The notes beneath the pieces are model-generated. The model was not told the DNA's origin, did no database searches, and saw only the letters and a program-made list of their open reading frames with translations. Shown here in pieces: positions 19,807 through 29,656 of a stretch of DNA of 36,743 nt. Source of the stretch: Bacteriovoracaceae bacterium (GTDB lineage: Bacteria > Bdellovibrionota > Bacteriovoracia > Bacteriovoracales > Bacteriovoracaceae); the NCBI GenBank assembly GCA_018649885.1, contig JABIHA010000085.1, forward strand, positions 1-36,743, read 5' to 3'. Both the position numbers and the translations under genes were made by a program. How positions within the stretch are numbered: the first letter of the stretch is position 1; each line of letters begins with the position of its first letter.

Positions 19807-20458
19807 ACTGCGATAAATCAATTTTGCGGGTAAACTCGACACCAATTCGATGTAGGGTCATAGAGAACTGCTTCTTTTTAATTCGCGCTTCTTTTATATA
19901 GGCAATGCGAGCTTTTAACGGAGGCGAAAGTGTTTTTCCGCATATTCTGGAAATTTCAATACTGTCATTTTTCTTAAAGTTCGCACTCAATCCAGATTTA
20001 TCATAAATACCGGCCCCACCATCTGAAATATCAAGTAACCTGCATTTGTAATTTCCCATAGTTGATTCATCTAATTTAAAAAATTCTAAATAAAATCCTC
20101 CCTCTCTTAAGGTTTGCCTGGTCTCAATGCGAGACTCTGAAATTTTAACCTCGGAAGGAATGTTGAATATGGTCTTGCCATTTTTTTCGGTAAAAAAAGC
20201 TATTTGGAATACTATTTTTCTGCCTTCAGAGAAGAAGAAGAGAGGCCTTTTGCTAGAGAACTTTATCTCCATAGGAATTATGGGGATCAGCTCAAGAGAT
20301 TCTTCTTTGCGGCTTATTTTTAAAAGGAGGAACTCACATATAATCCGACTTTTACCTTCTTGCTTCTGCCAAAGGGTGACGATATCTTTACGATTTTTGA
20401 CTTCACTTAATGCAGAAATAATTTCATGTGAATTTGTACTGGTTCTCATTTCTTCCAT
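19787..20458 (-). CDS. PilZ domain c-di-GMP receptor (YcgR-like layout)
   Basis: RxxxR (RIETR) and DxSxxG (DISDGG) motifs, terminal IGVEF. Confidence 0.85.
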   Translation of the reverse strand: MEEMRTSTNSHEIISALSEVKNRKDIVTLWQKQEGKSRIICEFLLLKISRKEESLELIPIIPMEIKFSSKRPLFFFSEGRKIVFQIAFFTEKNGKTIFNIPSEVKISESRIETRQTLREGGFYLEFFKLDESTMGNYKCRLLDISDGGAGIYDKSGLSANFKKNDSIEISRICGKTLSPPLKARIAYIKEARIKKKQFSMTLHRIGVEFTRKIDLSQFNWLDY

Positions 20459-20520
20459 GATTTCACTCTTTTTTTACATTAATTATAAGAAATTAGAAGG
20501 GTGGGATCAAGAGTTTCTAT

Positions 20521-21177
20521 CTATTTTTGTGTTATTTGCTCTCCGCTAATGTAGTGAATGCCTTTGAGTGATAGCAAAGAGTCAAAATACATCTTTTGGG
20601 CGACGTCTTTTGCGTTCACGGTTTGATAATCCTTGAAAGGACCAATGAGTAACTTATCGAAAAGGGGGAGTACTTTTTGTGAAATGGATTCAAAAGGCCT
20701 TGGCTCACTTCTATTTCCTATTAAAAGTGATGGTCTATAGATATATAGTGAGCTTAGTCCTAATTGAGCTATGTCTTGCTCCAGTAGTCCTTTGATTTTT
20801 TGATAGAAGAAGGGAGAGCTTTTGTTAGCCCCCACACTAGAGATAATATGGAAAGAGGCTGCGTTTTGTGATTTGGCCAGGTCTGCAAAGGCCATGGGGT
20901 AGTGATAGTCAACAATTTTGAAATTTTCCTTAGTACCTGCAATTTTTATGGTGGTGCCTATTGTACAAAAAAAATGAGAGTTAGGAGGTAACTCTTCAAT
21001 AGTTTTTGGAAAATCTTTAAAGTCTATGATTTTCTCAGAAAGCTTAGGGTGATCGCAGTGTAGTTTAGATCTTCCAATGGAGAGCACACTTTGGTACTCT
21101 GAAGATTCCAGAAGACAATCTATTAGGTGTCCGCCTATAAGTCCTGATGCTCCTAAAACAATGGCCTGTTTTTCCAT
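20521..21177 (-). CDS. NAD(P)-binding oxidoreductase, YraR/TIP30-like
   Basis: GASGLIG, CTIGTTIK.AG, VDY.Y, ISSVGA, FY.K.KG, RPSLL.G.R. Confidence 0.9.
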   Translation of the reverse strand: MEKQAIVLGASGLIGGHLIDCLLESSEYQSVLSIGRSKLHCDHPKLSEKIIDFKDFPKTIEELPPNSHFFCTIGTTIKIAGTKENFKIVDYHYPMAFADLAKSQNAASFHIISSVGANKSSPFFYQKIKGLLEQDIAQLGLSSLYIYRPSLLIGNRSEPRPFESISQKVLPLFDKLLIGPFKDYQTVNAKDVAQKMYFDSLLSLKGIHYISGEQITQK

Positions 21178-21196
21178 TGTATAATAATGGCTCAGT

Positions 21197-22240
21197 TTAT
21201 GTAGGGTTGCAACTATCGGCGCTGACTACATTGACTGCTGACTCCATAATTTTTTGAGTTTCTTTTGTAGTGTATCCACCATCTCTATTTTTATCTTTGT
21301 GGTTTGTCCTGATTATTCGACTAAAAAGTGAGATATCCTTACTGAAAATAAAAGTGACTAATACTTTTGTCCAAGATTTATGGGAGTAGAGGCCATCATA
21401 AAAGCTTGGGGCCATCTTTTTTAGCTTTGGTAAGTTGCTCCATGGGATCATCATAAAATCATGGTGCTCATTATGGTAGCCAACATTTAGTGAAAGGTAA
21501 TTAAGAGGGCCATAGTATGAATAGGTCTCTTGGCCTGGTTCAAAAATATAGTGCTCTTGTATCCATCTACCACCAAGTGGAGAAAGACCTACTGAAAAGA
21601 AAAGTGAGAGAAGCAAATAGGTAAATGTCATGGCCCCAAAAGTGGTGAAAATCCATACATTGATGGCCATAATGACTGACAAGTTGAGAATACTCCAAAA
21701 CTCTAAAAAATTAACTCTTTTAACTCTAAGGGGTCTAATCACTCCCTCAACAATAGGAAAGAAAAGTAGCCACAGTGCTTTTTTGATGGGGTTTGTTCCC
21801 ACAAAATTGGCTTCGCTCTTACTTGCTAAGTCGGCATCGTAGTCCATCTCTCCTTGGTATTTATGATGTAGGAGGTGGTAGTTTCGAAACCCAATTGCTG
21901 GGGGCATAACCATTGGGAAATTTGTGACAATACCCATTAACTTATTCTTTGTGGCGCCCTTAAAAACTAGATTATGAGAGAGATCGTGAATGATTACAAA
22001 AAGGGCGTGATCAATAACGGCTCCAATAGTCCAAGCCGATAACAACACCATAGGCCATGATGAACTCTTAAGTGCAATAGCAATGGCAAAGTGAAGAGAT
22101 ATTATAGATATCGCAACAACTGCCGTCCAAGGGTTTCTCCCCATGAGAGATCTTACTTCGGGGTGAGCTTTTAATATTTCTCTTGATCTTTTAATGTGTG
22201 GCTCGGGATAATCTACAAATGTAAAATCTCTTTCATTCAT
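21197..22240 (-). CDS. Sphingolipid delta(4)-desaturase (DEGS/DES1)-like fatty acid desaturase
   Basis: N-terminal DF....EPH..R..EIL..HPE...L; His boxes HDLSH, HLLHH, HNEHH; ETYSYYGPLN..LNVGYHNEHHDF. Confidence 0.9.
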   Translation of the reverse strand: MNERDFTFVDYPEPHIKRSREILKAHPEVRSLMGRNPWTAVVAISIISLHFAIAIALKSSSWPMVLLSAWTIGAVIDHALFVIIHDLSHNLVFKGATKNKLMGIVTNFPMVMPPAIGFRNYHLLHHKYQGEMDYDADLASKSEANFVGTNPIKKALWLLFFPIVEGVIRPLRVKRVNFLEFWSILNLSVIMAINVWIFTTFGAMTFTYLLLSLFFSVGLSPLGGRWIQEHYIFEPGQETYSYYGPLNYLSLNVGYHNEHHDFMMIPWSNLPKLKKMAPSFYDGLYSHKSWTKVLVTFIFSKDISLFSRIIRTNHKDKNRDGGYTTKETQKIMESAVNVVSADSCNPT

Positions 22241-22451
22241 TAAAATCTCTCCTAAATGATATTTGAAAGCTAGAATATGATAGTTTCTAATTTTTAGGTG
22301 TAGTTGATTTTTTTACTGTTTCAGCAGGTGAGAAAATGGAGTAATTTGTACAAAATAAATTACCCAGCTAATCTAAATTTAACGAAAAATTTACTAATTT
22401 ATTGCACAAAATTCAAAACCAGCTACATTGTGGCAAATAGAGGTTTTTAAT

Positions 22452-23180
22452 ATGGATTTTATTCGAAAGATTTTCCCCATTATCATTTTGATTGAACTTG
22501 CTGCCGTGCTAATTCTTCAACACCTGTTAGCAGATAATTACAATGCTCTAGGGGTCGCCAAGTACATGGTTAACACATCGATTTTTGCTGTATCACTTTT
22601 GATACCTAAACTTAGCAAAGACCACAAGCTTCTAGGCCGTATTTTTCTCTTTATATGGCTTGCTGATTTTTTCTTTGTTCTGCTAGGTACTTTCCCTGGC
22701 TTTTCTCCTGAGCATCCCATTTCCAGGTTTGGGGGGATGTTATTTTTTGGACTGGCTTATATTGGGCTTATGGTATTTTGTGCCAAGGGATTTAAATTTG
22801 ATAAAAAGCAGCTCTTAGTTTCTTCTTTTGTTCTAGTGACTATTTTGATTTCAGGCGCTATTTGTTATGAAAATATTCTGCCTCAGAAAAAACCAATGTT
22901 TTGGATCTTTTTTAGCTTCATGTTCTTTATGGGAAGCAGCTCAATTGGAACAGCTTTTAGGGATTACTATATCAAAGAGGTTAGGGTCCTTCTCAGTCTT
23001 GCTGGGCTTTTATTTCTTTTGTCAGAGATGGGGTTTGGCGCAGGAATGTTTTATCCAGGGTTAAGCCGAAATGATCCTTGGCTTGGAAATGAAATCTGGA
23101 TTACCTACATTCCAGGTTGGACACTTTGTTTATTGGCGCTCAGTAGAGAAGAAATGACAATTGGGCGATCTATTCGCTAA
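22452..23180 (+). CDS. YhhN/lysoplasmalogenase-like polytopic membrane protein
   Basis: About 8 hydrophobic segments; LADFF, GMLFFGLAY, AGLLFLLSE resemble YhhN GD, GxxxFxxAH, GAxLFxxSD; GAGG RBS before ATG 22452. Confidence 0.55.
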   Translation: MDFIRKIFPIIILIELAAVLILQHLLADNYNALGVAKYMVNTSIFAVSLLIPKLSKDHKLLGRIFLFIWLADFFFVLLGTFPGFSPEHPISRFGGMLFFGLAYIGLMVFCAKGFKFDKKQLLVSSFVLVTILISGAICYENILPQKKPMFWIFFSFMFFMGSSSIGTAFRDYYIKEVRVLLSLAGLLFLLSEMGFGAGMFYPGLSRNDPWLGNEIWITYIPGWTLCLLALSREEMTIGRSIR

Positions 23181-23211
23181 ACTTTGCTCTGCAGCTAATG
23201 GTTTTTGGGAG

Positions 23212-23255
23212 TGACATGACTGGTCTTGTCAATATGCGTCTTTAACACCTAAACT
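23212..23255 (+). promoter_or_regulatory. Palindromic operator overlapping putative sigma-70 promoter of liu operon
   Basis: TGACATGAC-TG-GTCTTGTCA (23212-23231, 16/20 self-complementary); TTGTCA-N18-TAAACT. Confidence 0.6.
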
Positions 23256-23289
23256 GCACTCCAACCTGATGAATTTCTTGGAGTAGATA

Positions 23290-24909
23290 ATGTCTGTTTT
23301 TGAGACGGGTATCGACACCGGTTCAGAGTCTTATAAAGAAAATGTAAAATATCACCTTGGACTTTTAAACCATGTTCACGAACTGCACGAGACAGTAAAG
23401 CTTGGCGGTGGTGAAAAGTATGTTGATCGACACAAAAAACGAAATAAATTTTTAGCGCGAGAGCGAATTGAAAGAATTATTGATGAGGGTAGTGCCTTCT
23501 TAGAGTTCTCAACACTTGCCGGTGAGGATGTCTATGACTCTCATACTCCCTCAGCTGGTGTTGTTACGGGAGTTGGAACCGTTTGCGGTGTTGAGTGTTT
23601 ATTTGTGGCCAATGACGCCACAGTAAAGGGTGGTTGTTACTTACCTTTAACTGTCAAAAAACATTTAAGGGCCCAGGAGATCGCTAGAGAGAATCACTTA
23701 CCTTGTATTTACTTAGTTGATTCTGGTGGAGCCTTCCTTCCTCTTCAGTCAGAAGTTTTTCCTGATAAAGAACACTTCGGAAGAATCTTTTATAACCAGG
23801 CCCAAATGAGTGCCATGGGCATCCCACAGGTCTCTGTCGTTTTTGGTCACTGTACTGCTGGGGGAGCTTACGTTCCTGCCATGTCGGATGAGTCAGTCAT
23901 TGTTAAAGGCAATGGGACTATCTTTTTGGGAGGGCCACCTCTTGTTAAAGCGGCAACGGGTGAAGTTGTTACTGCTGAAGACCTTGGAGGAGCTAGAGTC
24001 CACACTGAAGAAAGTGGAGTTGCGGATCATTTTGCGGAAGACGAAGAGCACGCCTTTGAAATAACGAGAGAGATTGTAAAAAATTTGGTCTATACATCAA
24101 TTGGTGAACAGAGGGGACAGAAGGCTAGACAAATTGCACTGCCTCCTATTCATAACTCAGAAGAACTTTTGGGAATCATTCCAAAAGATCCTAAAGTTCC
24201 TTATGATATTCGAGAAGTCATATCTAGAGTTGTAGATGAAAGTGAGTTTTTTGAGTTCAAGGCCAATTTTGGCACTACCGTTGTTTGTGCATTTGCTAAA
24301 ATTTATGGATTTCAAGTTGGTATAATTGCCAACAATGGAATTCTTTTTAGTGAATCTGCTGTTAAGGCCACTCATTTTATTGAGCTATGTTGCCAAAGAA
24401 AGATCCCCTTAATCTTTTTACAAAACGTAAATGGATTTATGGTGGGAAAAAAATATGAGTCTGAGGGGATTGCTAAACACGGCGCTAAAATGGTGATGGC
24501 AGTCTCAAATGCCAATGTACCAAAGTTTACTGTAATAGTAGGCGGCTCATTTGGTGCAGGAAATTACGGCATGTGTGGTAGGGCCTACTCGCCAAGGCTT
24601 TTATGGATGTGGCCAAATGCAAAGGTGTCCGTAATGGGCGGAGAGCAGGCTGCAGGTGTTTTATTCACTGTAAAACAAGATGTTCTTGAGGCCCGCGGCA
24701 CACCTATGAATGAAGAAGAGCAAAAAGAATTTAAAGCACCTATTATTGAGAAATATGAAAAAGAGGGAGGAGCTGTTTATTCAACTGCTCGAATCTGGGA
24801 CGATGGCATCATTGATCCTAGACAAACTCGTGAAGTATTGGGGCTTAGCTTATCAGCAGCACTCAATGCGCCAATCGATGACGCTAAATTTGGTGTCTTT
24901 AGGATGTAA
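23290..24909 (+). CDS. liuB: 3-methylcrotonyl-CoA carboxylase beta (carboxyltransferase) subunit
   Basis: [63 protein letters not shown], terminal FGVFRM. Confidence 0.95.
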   Translation: MSVFETGIDTGSESYKENVKYHLGLLNHVHELHETVKLGGGEKYVDRHKKRNKFLARERIERIIDEGSAFLEFSTLAGEDVYDSHTPSAGVVTGVGTVCGVECLFVANDATVKGGCYLPLTVKKHLRAQEIARENHLPCIYLVDSGGAFLPLQSEVFPDKEHFGRIFYNQAQMSAMGIPQVSVVFGHCTAGGAYVPAMSDESVIVKGNGTIFLGGPPLVKAATGEVVTAEDLGGARVHTEESGVADHFAEDEEHAFEITREIVKNLVYTSIGEQRGQKARQIALPPIHNSEELLGIIPKDPKVPYDIREVISRVVDESEFFEFKANFGTTVVCAFAKIYGFQVGIIANNGILFSESAVKATHFIELCCQRKIPLIFLQNVNGFMVGKKYESEGIAKHGAKMVMAVSNANVPKFTVIVGGSFGAGNYGMCGRAYSPRLLWMWPNAKVSVMGGEQAAGVLFTVKQDVLEARGTPMNEEEQKEFKAPIIEKYEKEGGAVYSTARIWDDGIIDPRQTREVLGLSLSAALNAPIDDAKFGVFRM

Positions 24910-25724
24910 TGGTGAATACTAAGTTTGTTAAAGTGACGTTTGATGAGAAAGGGGTGGTAGAGTTAGTTCTCAATCGGCCTGAAATTCACAACGCATTTAA
25001 CGATCAAATGATTAGTGAGATCATCCAAGTAGTATCTGCTCTTGAAAAAGACGACAAGTGTAGACTTGTGGTTCTATCGGGTATGGGAAAGTCATTTTGT
25101 GCTGGAGCCGACTTAAGTTGGATGAAGCAGATGAAAGACTACAGCAAAGAAAAAAATGTAAAAGATAGTTTGGAATTATCTAAAATGTTTAAAACCCTAC
25201 ATCTTTTCTCCAAACCTATTATCGGTAAAATTAATGGGCATGCACTCGGAGGAGGGGTTGGACTTGTTAGTATTTGTGACTACGCAATTGTTGTCGAATC
25301 CGCCAAAATTGGTCTTACAGAGGTAAGATTAGGTCTGGCTCCGGCGGTCATATCTCCTTATGTCATTTCCAAAATAGGTGTTTCAAATGCCAGGGCCTAT
25401 TTCTTATCGGGAACTAAATTTGGTGGGAGAAAAGCAGTGGGGTTAGGTTTGGCCCATGAGTGTTGTGAGTCAGCTGAGCTTGATGAAAGAGTTGAAAGTC
25501 TTGTGATGAGCTTTTTAAAAGCAGCTCCAGTTGCTCAAAGAGCAGCAAAAAATCTTATTGCTGAGGTCTCTATAATGGAGTTACCTGATAAATTAGAAGC
25601 CGTGTGTGCTTCTGAAGAATATACTGCCAATTTGATATCTGAGCTTAGGGTATCTGATGAAGGGCAAGAGGGAATGAATGCAATACTTTCGAAGAGAAAA
25701 GCTAATTGGGATCAAAAGAGGTAA
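24909..25724 (+). CDS. liuC: Methylglutaconyl-CoA hydratase (crotonase family)
   Basis: LNRPEIHNAF, FCAGADLSWM, GGGVGL, TEVRLGLAPAVISPYV; operon context. Confidence 0.88.
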   Translation: MVNTKFVKVTFDEKGVVELVLNRPEIHNAFNDQMISEIIQVVSALEKDDKCRLVVLSGMGKSFCAGADLSWMKQMKDYSKEKNVKDSLELSKMFKTLHLFSKPIIGKINGHALGGGVGLVSICDYAIVVESAKIGLTEVRLGLAPAVISPYVISKIGVSNARAYFLSGTKFGGRKAVGLGLAHECCESAELDERVESLVMSFLKAAPVAQRAAKNLIAEVSIMELPDKLEAVCASEEYTANLISELRVSDEGQEGMNAILSKRKANWDQKR

Positions 25725-27230
25725 ATGTTGAGAAAAATTTCCAAATTACTTATTTGCAATAGAGGAGAGATCGCCTTAAGAATCGCCGGCTCTGCAAAAG
25801 AGATGGGAATCAAAACCGTTGGGATTTACTCAAGCGCGGATATAGGCCTTCCCCATACATACTCGATGGATGAAATGATCTATTTGGGAGAAGGAAGCTT
25901 ACAAGAGACTTATTTAAATGCTGATCTAATAGTTCATAAGGCCTTCGAGCTAGGCGTTGACGCCATTCATCCGGGATATGGGTTTTTATCTGAAAATTCA
26001 GCCTTTGCAAGTTTAGTTCGTGAGAAAAATATGATCTTCCTCGGGCCATCACCAAAAGTGATAGACATCATGGGTGATAAAAAAGCTTCAAAAGAAACAT
26101 TATTCGCAATCGCTACACCACTTATTCCTGGATACTTTGGCGATAAGCAGGATTCGAAAACTCTACTTGAAGAGGCAAAAAAAATTGGGTTTCCCGTGCT
26201 GATAAAGGCCACTGCAGGCGGCGGCGGGAAAGGGATGAGAGTTGTAGAGAGCGAAAACGAATTTGTTTCTTCTCTTGAGTCTGCCATGAGGGAGGCAAAA
26301 AAATCTTTCGGTATAGATACTGTTATGCTTGAAAAATATATTTTAAGCCCAAGACATATTGAAGTGCAGGTGTTGTCAGATCAGCATGGAAATCACCGCC
26401 ATCTTTTCGAAAGAGAGTGCTCTATTCAAAGGCGTCATCAAAAAATTGTAGAAGAAACTCCTTCTACTGCACTTGATCCTGAGCTTAGAAAAAAAATTTG
26501 TGACACTGCTGTGGCCATCGCAAGTCATGTCAAATATGAAGGTGCTGGAACAGTCGAGTTTATACTAGATACATCAGGTGCTTTTTATTTTTTAGAAATG
26601 AATACAAGACTTCAAGTTGAACATCCTATCACTGAAATGCTCACAGGTGTTGATCTAGTAAAATGGCAAATAAAAATAGGAGAGGGCAAGATTATCAGTT
26701 TCTCTCAAGATGATCTTGTTCCTAGAGGTCATGCCATTGAAGTTAGGATTTATGCAGAAGATCCTGACAATGAGTTTTTACCAACAAATGGTGTAATTGA
26801 GAGAGTTGGGACTACTCATTTAAATGGTGTGAGGCTTGATACGGGGTATGCTGATGGCAGTAGTGTTGGTGTTGAATTTGATCCTATGCTAGCAAAACTA
26901 ATTGCACATTCTGATACAAGAAGATCTGCAATTACAAAACTCTTGCTTGCACTGGATGAAATTACTTTCAGTGGACTTAAAACTAATAGAGATCATTTAA
27001 AAAGAATTTTAAATTCTCTCAAATTTAAAGAAGGTGAAACATATACTGATTTTATTGATAAAAATGGCGATAGCTTGGGAGTTCCTGAGGTATCAAATGA
27101 TTCCTTCGCTCTTGGAATCGCAGCACTGCAACTTAGTGGGAAAAACCTTGTAAGTGAAACAGGGGCAAGTCACATATGTCGTGACTCTCTTGTGTTAGAG
27201 GAATCTCTTAATATGTTTAGGAATGTATAA
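25725..27230 (+). CDS. liuD: 3-methylcrotonyl-CoA carboxylase alpha, biotin carboxylase part
   Basis: NRGEIA, IHPGYGFLSEN, GGGGKGMR, ERECSIQRRHQK, EMNTRLQVEHP; lacks the biotinyl domain. Confidence 0.9.
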   Translation: MLRKISKLLICNRGEIALRIAGSAKEMGIKTVGIYSSADIGLPHTYSMDEMIYLGEGSLQETYLNADLIVHKAFELGVDAIHPGYGFLSENSAFASLVREKNMIFLGPSPKVIDIMGDKKASKETLFAIATPLIPGYFGDKQDSKTLLEEAKKIGFPVLIKATAGGGGKGMRVVESENEFVSSLESAMREAKKSFGIDTVMLEKYILSPRHIEVQVLSDQHGNHRHLFERECSIQRRHQKIVEETPSTALDPELRKKICDTAVAIASHVKYEGAGTVEFILDTSGAFYFLEMNTRLQVEHPITEMLTGVDLVKWQIKIGEGKIISFSQDDLVPRGHAIEVRIYAEDPDNEFLPTNGVIERVGTTHLNGVRLDTGYADGSSVGVEFDPMLAKLIAHSDTRRSAITKLLLALDEITFSGLKTNRDHLKRILNSLKFKEGETYTDFIDKNGDSLGVPEVSNDSFALGIAALQLSGKNLVSETGASHICRDSLVLEESLNMFRNV

Positions 27231-27235
27231 AGACC

Positions 27236-27748
27236 ATGGAAAAGAAATTTATAATTAATGATACAAAAGTTGTGGCCTGTGATTATGGGCACAAAGGAAA
27301 TATGATTTCTTTTTCAATTGAAGGCAAGCAGTTCACATTCTATGAAGTGGATAAAAGCAGTGAGTTCATTGTTTTAAAAGATGAAAGTGGAAAACATTTT
27401 AAGGTTGGCATTAGTGCTGGCAGAGAAAAAGATGAGAGTCATATCTGTGCACCTGGTATTGAAGATTTATTTATATCAAGTGATTCCAAATCATCTAGAA
27501 AGAAGTCTTCGGTAGGCGGAGGCAGCTTACAAAGCCCAATGCCAGGAAAAATTGTAAAAGTGATGGTTTCTGAAGGTGATGAAGTTAAAAAATCACAACC
27601 ACTACTGATTCTTGAGGCGATGAAAATGGAGCATTCCATAAAATCACCTAGGGATGGAAAAGTGGTGAAAATTTTCTTCTCTGAAGGTGACCAAGTCCAG
27701 GGGAAGGTTGAGCTATTAAGTCTAAGTGGAGATGATACGGATGCTTAG
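27236..27748 (+). CDS. Biotin carboxyl carrier subunit of the carboxylase
   Basis: SPMPG, LEAMKME biotinylation motif, GDQV; N-terminal beta-rich region. Confidence 0.92.
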   Translation: MEKKFIINDTKVVACDYGHKGNMISFSIEGKQFTFYEVDKSSEFIVLKDESGKHFKVGISAGREKDESHICAPGIEDLFISSDSKSSRKKSSVGGGSLQSPMPGKIVKVMVSEGDEVKKSQPLLILEAMKMEHSIKSPRDGKVVKIFFSEGDQVQGKVELLSLSGDDTDA

Positions 27749-28655
27749 AAATTTACCCCAAAAAGTCACAATTGTTGAAGTGGGAGCTAGAGATGGCCTT
27801 CAAAATGAAACAACAGTACTCGGCATTGAGGATAAGTGTGAATATATAAAGCTTCTGGCCGATTCAGGAGTTGAGCAGCTTGAAGTAACCAGCTTTGTAA
27901 AAGAGTCTGCCATTCCGCAAATGGGGGATGCTAGTGAACTTTATGAAAAAGTAAGGCCAATACTAGAAGGCAAGTGTAAACGGCTATGGTGCCTTACCCC
28001 AAACCAGCAGGGGTTAAACAATGCTCTTAAAGTTGGTGTGCGTGATATTGCGCTCTTTTCTTCTACTAGCAACTCATTTAATAAAAAAAATATAAATTGT
28101 GACATTAAAGAATCTTTTAAAAGATTTGAGGCCCTTGGTGATCAGATCAAAGAAAATTCTTTGAATGTACGAGGTTATGTTTCAACAGTGTTTGGTTGTC
28201 CTTATGAGGGAGATGTCTCTTTTGACCAAGTAAAACTGGTAGTTGAAAAATTCTCGGAGTTTGGAGTTGATGAAATTTCATTGGGAGATACTATTGGTGT
28301 GGCGACTCCTGGACAGGTTGATAAGTTACTATCTCAGTTAAAAAATGTAGTAGATTTTAAAAATCTTGCTCTTCATTTTCATGACACCAGGGGAATGGCC
28401 GTAGCAAATATTCTTGTGGCCCTAGAGCATGGGATTAGAGTTTTTGACTCTTCCTCAGCTGGTCTTGGTGGTTGCCCCTATGCTAAAGGAGCATCCGGCA
28501 ATGTGGCCACAGAGGATCTGCTTTATTTATTTAATGGCCTTGGCATTGAAACTTCTATTAACCTTGATAAATTAATAGAGGCCTCTGATTTTATCCTCTC
28601 AAAATTGAACAAAGTATCTCCTTCAAAATTCTTCAACGTTTATGTTCGTAACTAA
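27741..28655 (+). CDS. liuE: Hydroxymethylglutaryl-CoA lyase
   Basis: EVGARDGLQNE, FGCPYEG, SLGDTIG, HFHDT, GLGGCPYAKGASGNVATED; ATG 27741 with GGAG upstream. Confidence 0.93.
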   Translation: MLRNLPQKVTIVEVGARDGLQNETTVLGIEDKCEYIKLLADSGVEQLEVTSFVKESAIPQMGDASELYEKVRPILEGKCKRLWCLTPNQQGLNNALKVGVRDIALFSSTSNSFNKKNINCDIKESFKRFEALGDQIKENSLNVRGYVSTVFGCPYEGDVSFDQVKLVVEKFSEFGVDEISLGDTIGVATPGQVDKLLSQLKNVVDFKNLALHFHDTRGMAVANILVALEHGIRVFDSSSAGLGGCPYAKGASGNVATEDLLYLFNGLGIETSINLDKLIEASDFILSKLNKVSPSKFFNVYVRN

Positions 28656-28845
28656 AAATTGGCGCTAGTGCTTCATTTTTTAGCTTTAAAATTCAACAAG
28701 ATTTGACATTAAAAATTGAAAAATTACACCTAATAGGCTGGGGACGCCGCAGTAATTAGAGAACAGTTTAAAAAGTTAGGATTTGTTAGAACTCTCTAAG
28801 TAGTTGCTACTTGCAGGGTTTCGACTATTGCAGCGAAATTCCGAT

Positions 28846-28895
28846 CATAACAATCCATAACAATCTTTGACATAGAAGGTAGCAATTAGAAAAAT
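28846..28895 (+). promoter_or_regulatory. Tandem 10-bp direct repeat next to a putative sigma-70 promoter
   Basis: CATAACAATC x2 (28846-28865), then TTGACA (28867-72)-N17-AAAAAT. Confidence 0.45.
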
Positions 28896-28910
28896 AGATT
28901 AAAGGTATTT

Positions 28911-29261
28911 TTGATGCGGGCCAATTTTTATATTTTGCTACTTTTGCTTGTGACTTTATGCTCTTGCTCAACAATTAGATATAAGAGTAAGGGTGATATC
29001 CCAGTAAAAGTAAGCCGGGCCACTGACCACACAAAGATGTTTAAGGCGGATGGAAAAGCCCCTTTTTATTTGTGGGGAACATTGCCAGGTGAACAAGTGG
29101 TGCATCTAGATAAGCTAGCGATTGAGCAGGGCTTTTCAGAAATTTCAAAGTTAGTGATTACAGAATATACAAGTTTTTTTGACCTCTTTATGTCGGTTGT
29201 GAGCCTCGGGTTCTACATGCCTAGATCTTACGAGATACAAGGTTTAGGTAAGACAATATGA
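28911..29261 (+). CDS. Bor/Iss-like lipoprotein
   Basis: Lipobox LCSC; FYLWG, TSFFD..MS.VSLG.Y.PRS; start may be ATG 28914. Confidence 0.65.
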   Translation: MMRANFYILLLLLVTLCSCSTIRYKSKGDIPVKVSRATDHTKMFKADGKAPFYLWGTLPGEQVVHLDKLAIEQGFSEISKLVITEYTSFFDLFMSVVSLGFYMPRSYEIQGLGKTI

Positions 29262-29638
29262 GATGGAAACTTAGAAAACTAGTGTTACAATTTTTAAATA
29301 TAATTGTGATTAGTGTTCTGTTTTCATCCTGTGGGACGTACGTCGTGGTTCATTCGTGGGGACTGCGAGACTACAATGTCACCATGGGAAGTTTTGATGG
29401 AAAAAGTTTTGAATACTCTAGGCGTGCATATAATTTTATGGGGCCTTTAAATAAAGACTTTGTCTCGATTGAAAAAGTTTTTGACGAGGAAGAAGTCCAT
29501 AAAAAATATGTTGGAGGGTTCGAAGTTATTACCAGTCATCAATTGGCAGACGTGTTGCTTTCGCTGATACCATTTTTTTCAACAAGGACAGTTGAAATTG
29601 TGGGTAGGATCAGGACACGGAAAAAAGATTGGTATTAA
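29258..29638 (+). CDS. Lipoprotein, distantly Bor-like
   Basis: Lipobox FSSC; DVLLSLIPFFSTRTVEI.G; ATGA overlap with the previous gene. Confidence 0.6.
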   Translation: MRWKLRKLVLQFLNIIVISVLFSSCGTYVVVHSWGLRDYNVTMGSFDGKSFEYSRRAYNFMGPLNKDFVSIEKVFDEEEVHKKYVGGFEVITSHQLADVLLSLIPFFSTRTVEIVGRIRTRKKDWY

Positions 29639-29656
29639 CTTAGTCGATATCTAATG

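Noticed and set aside
28737..28752. c-di-GMP-I riboswitch suggested by GGGACGC
   Set aside because: Lacks the flanking GCAAAC, GAAA tetraloop and GCAAAGC elements
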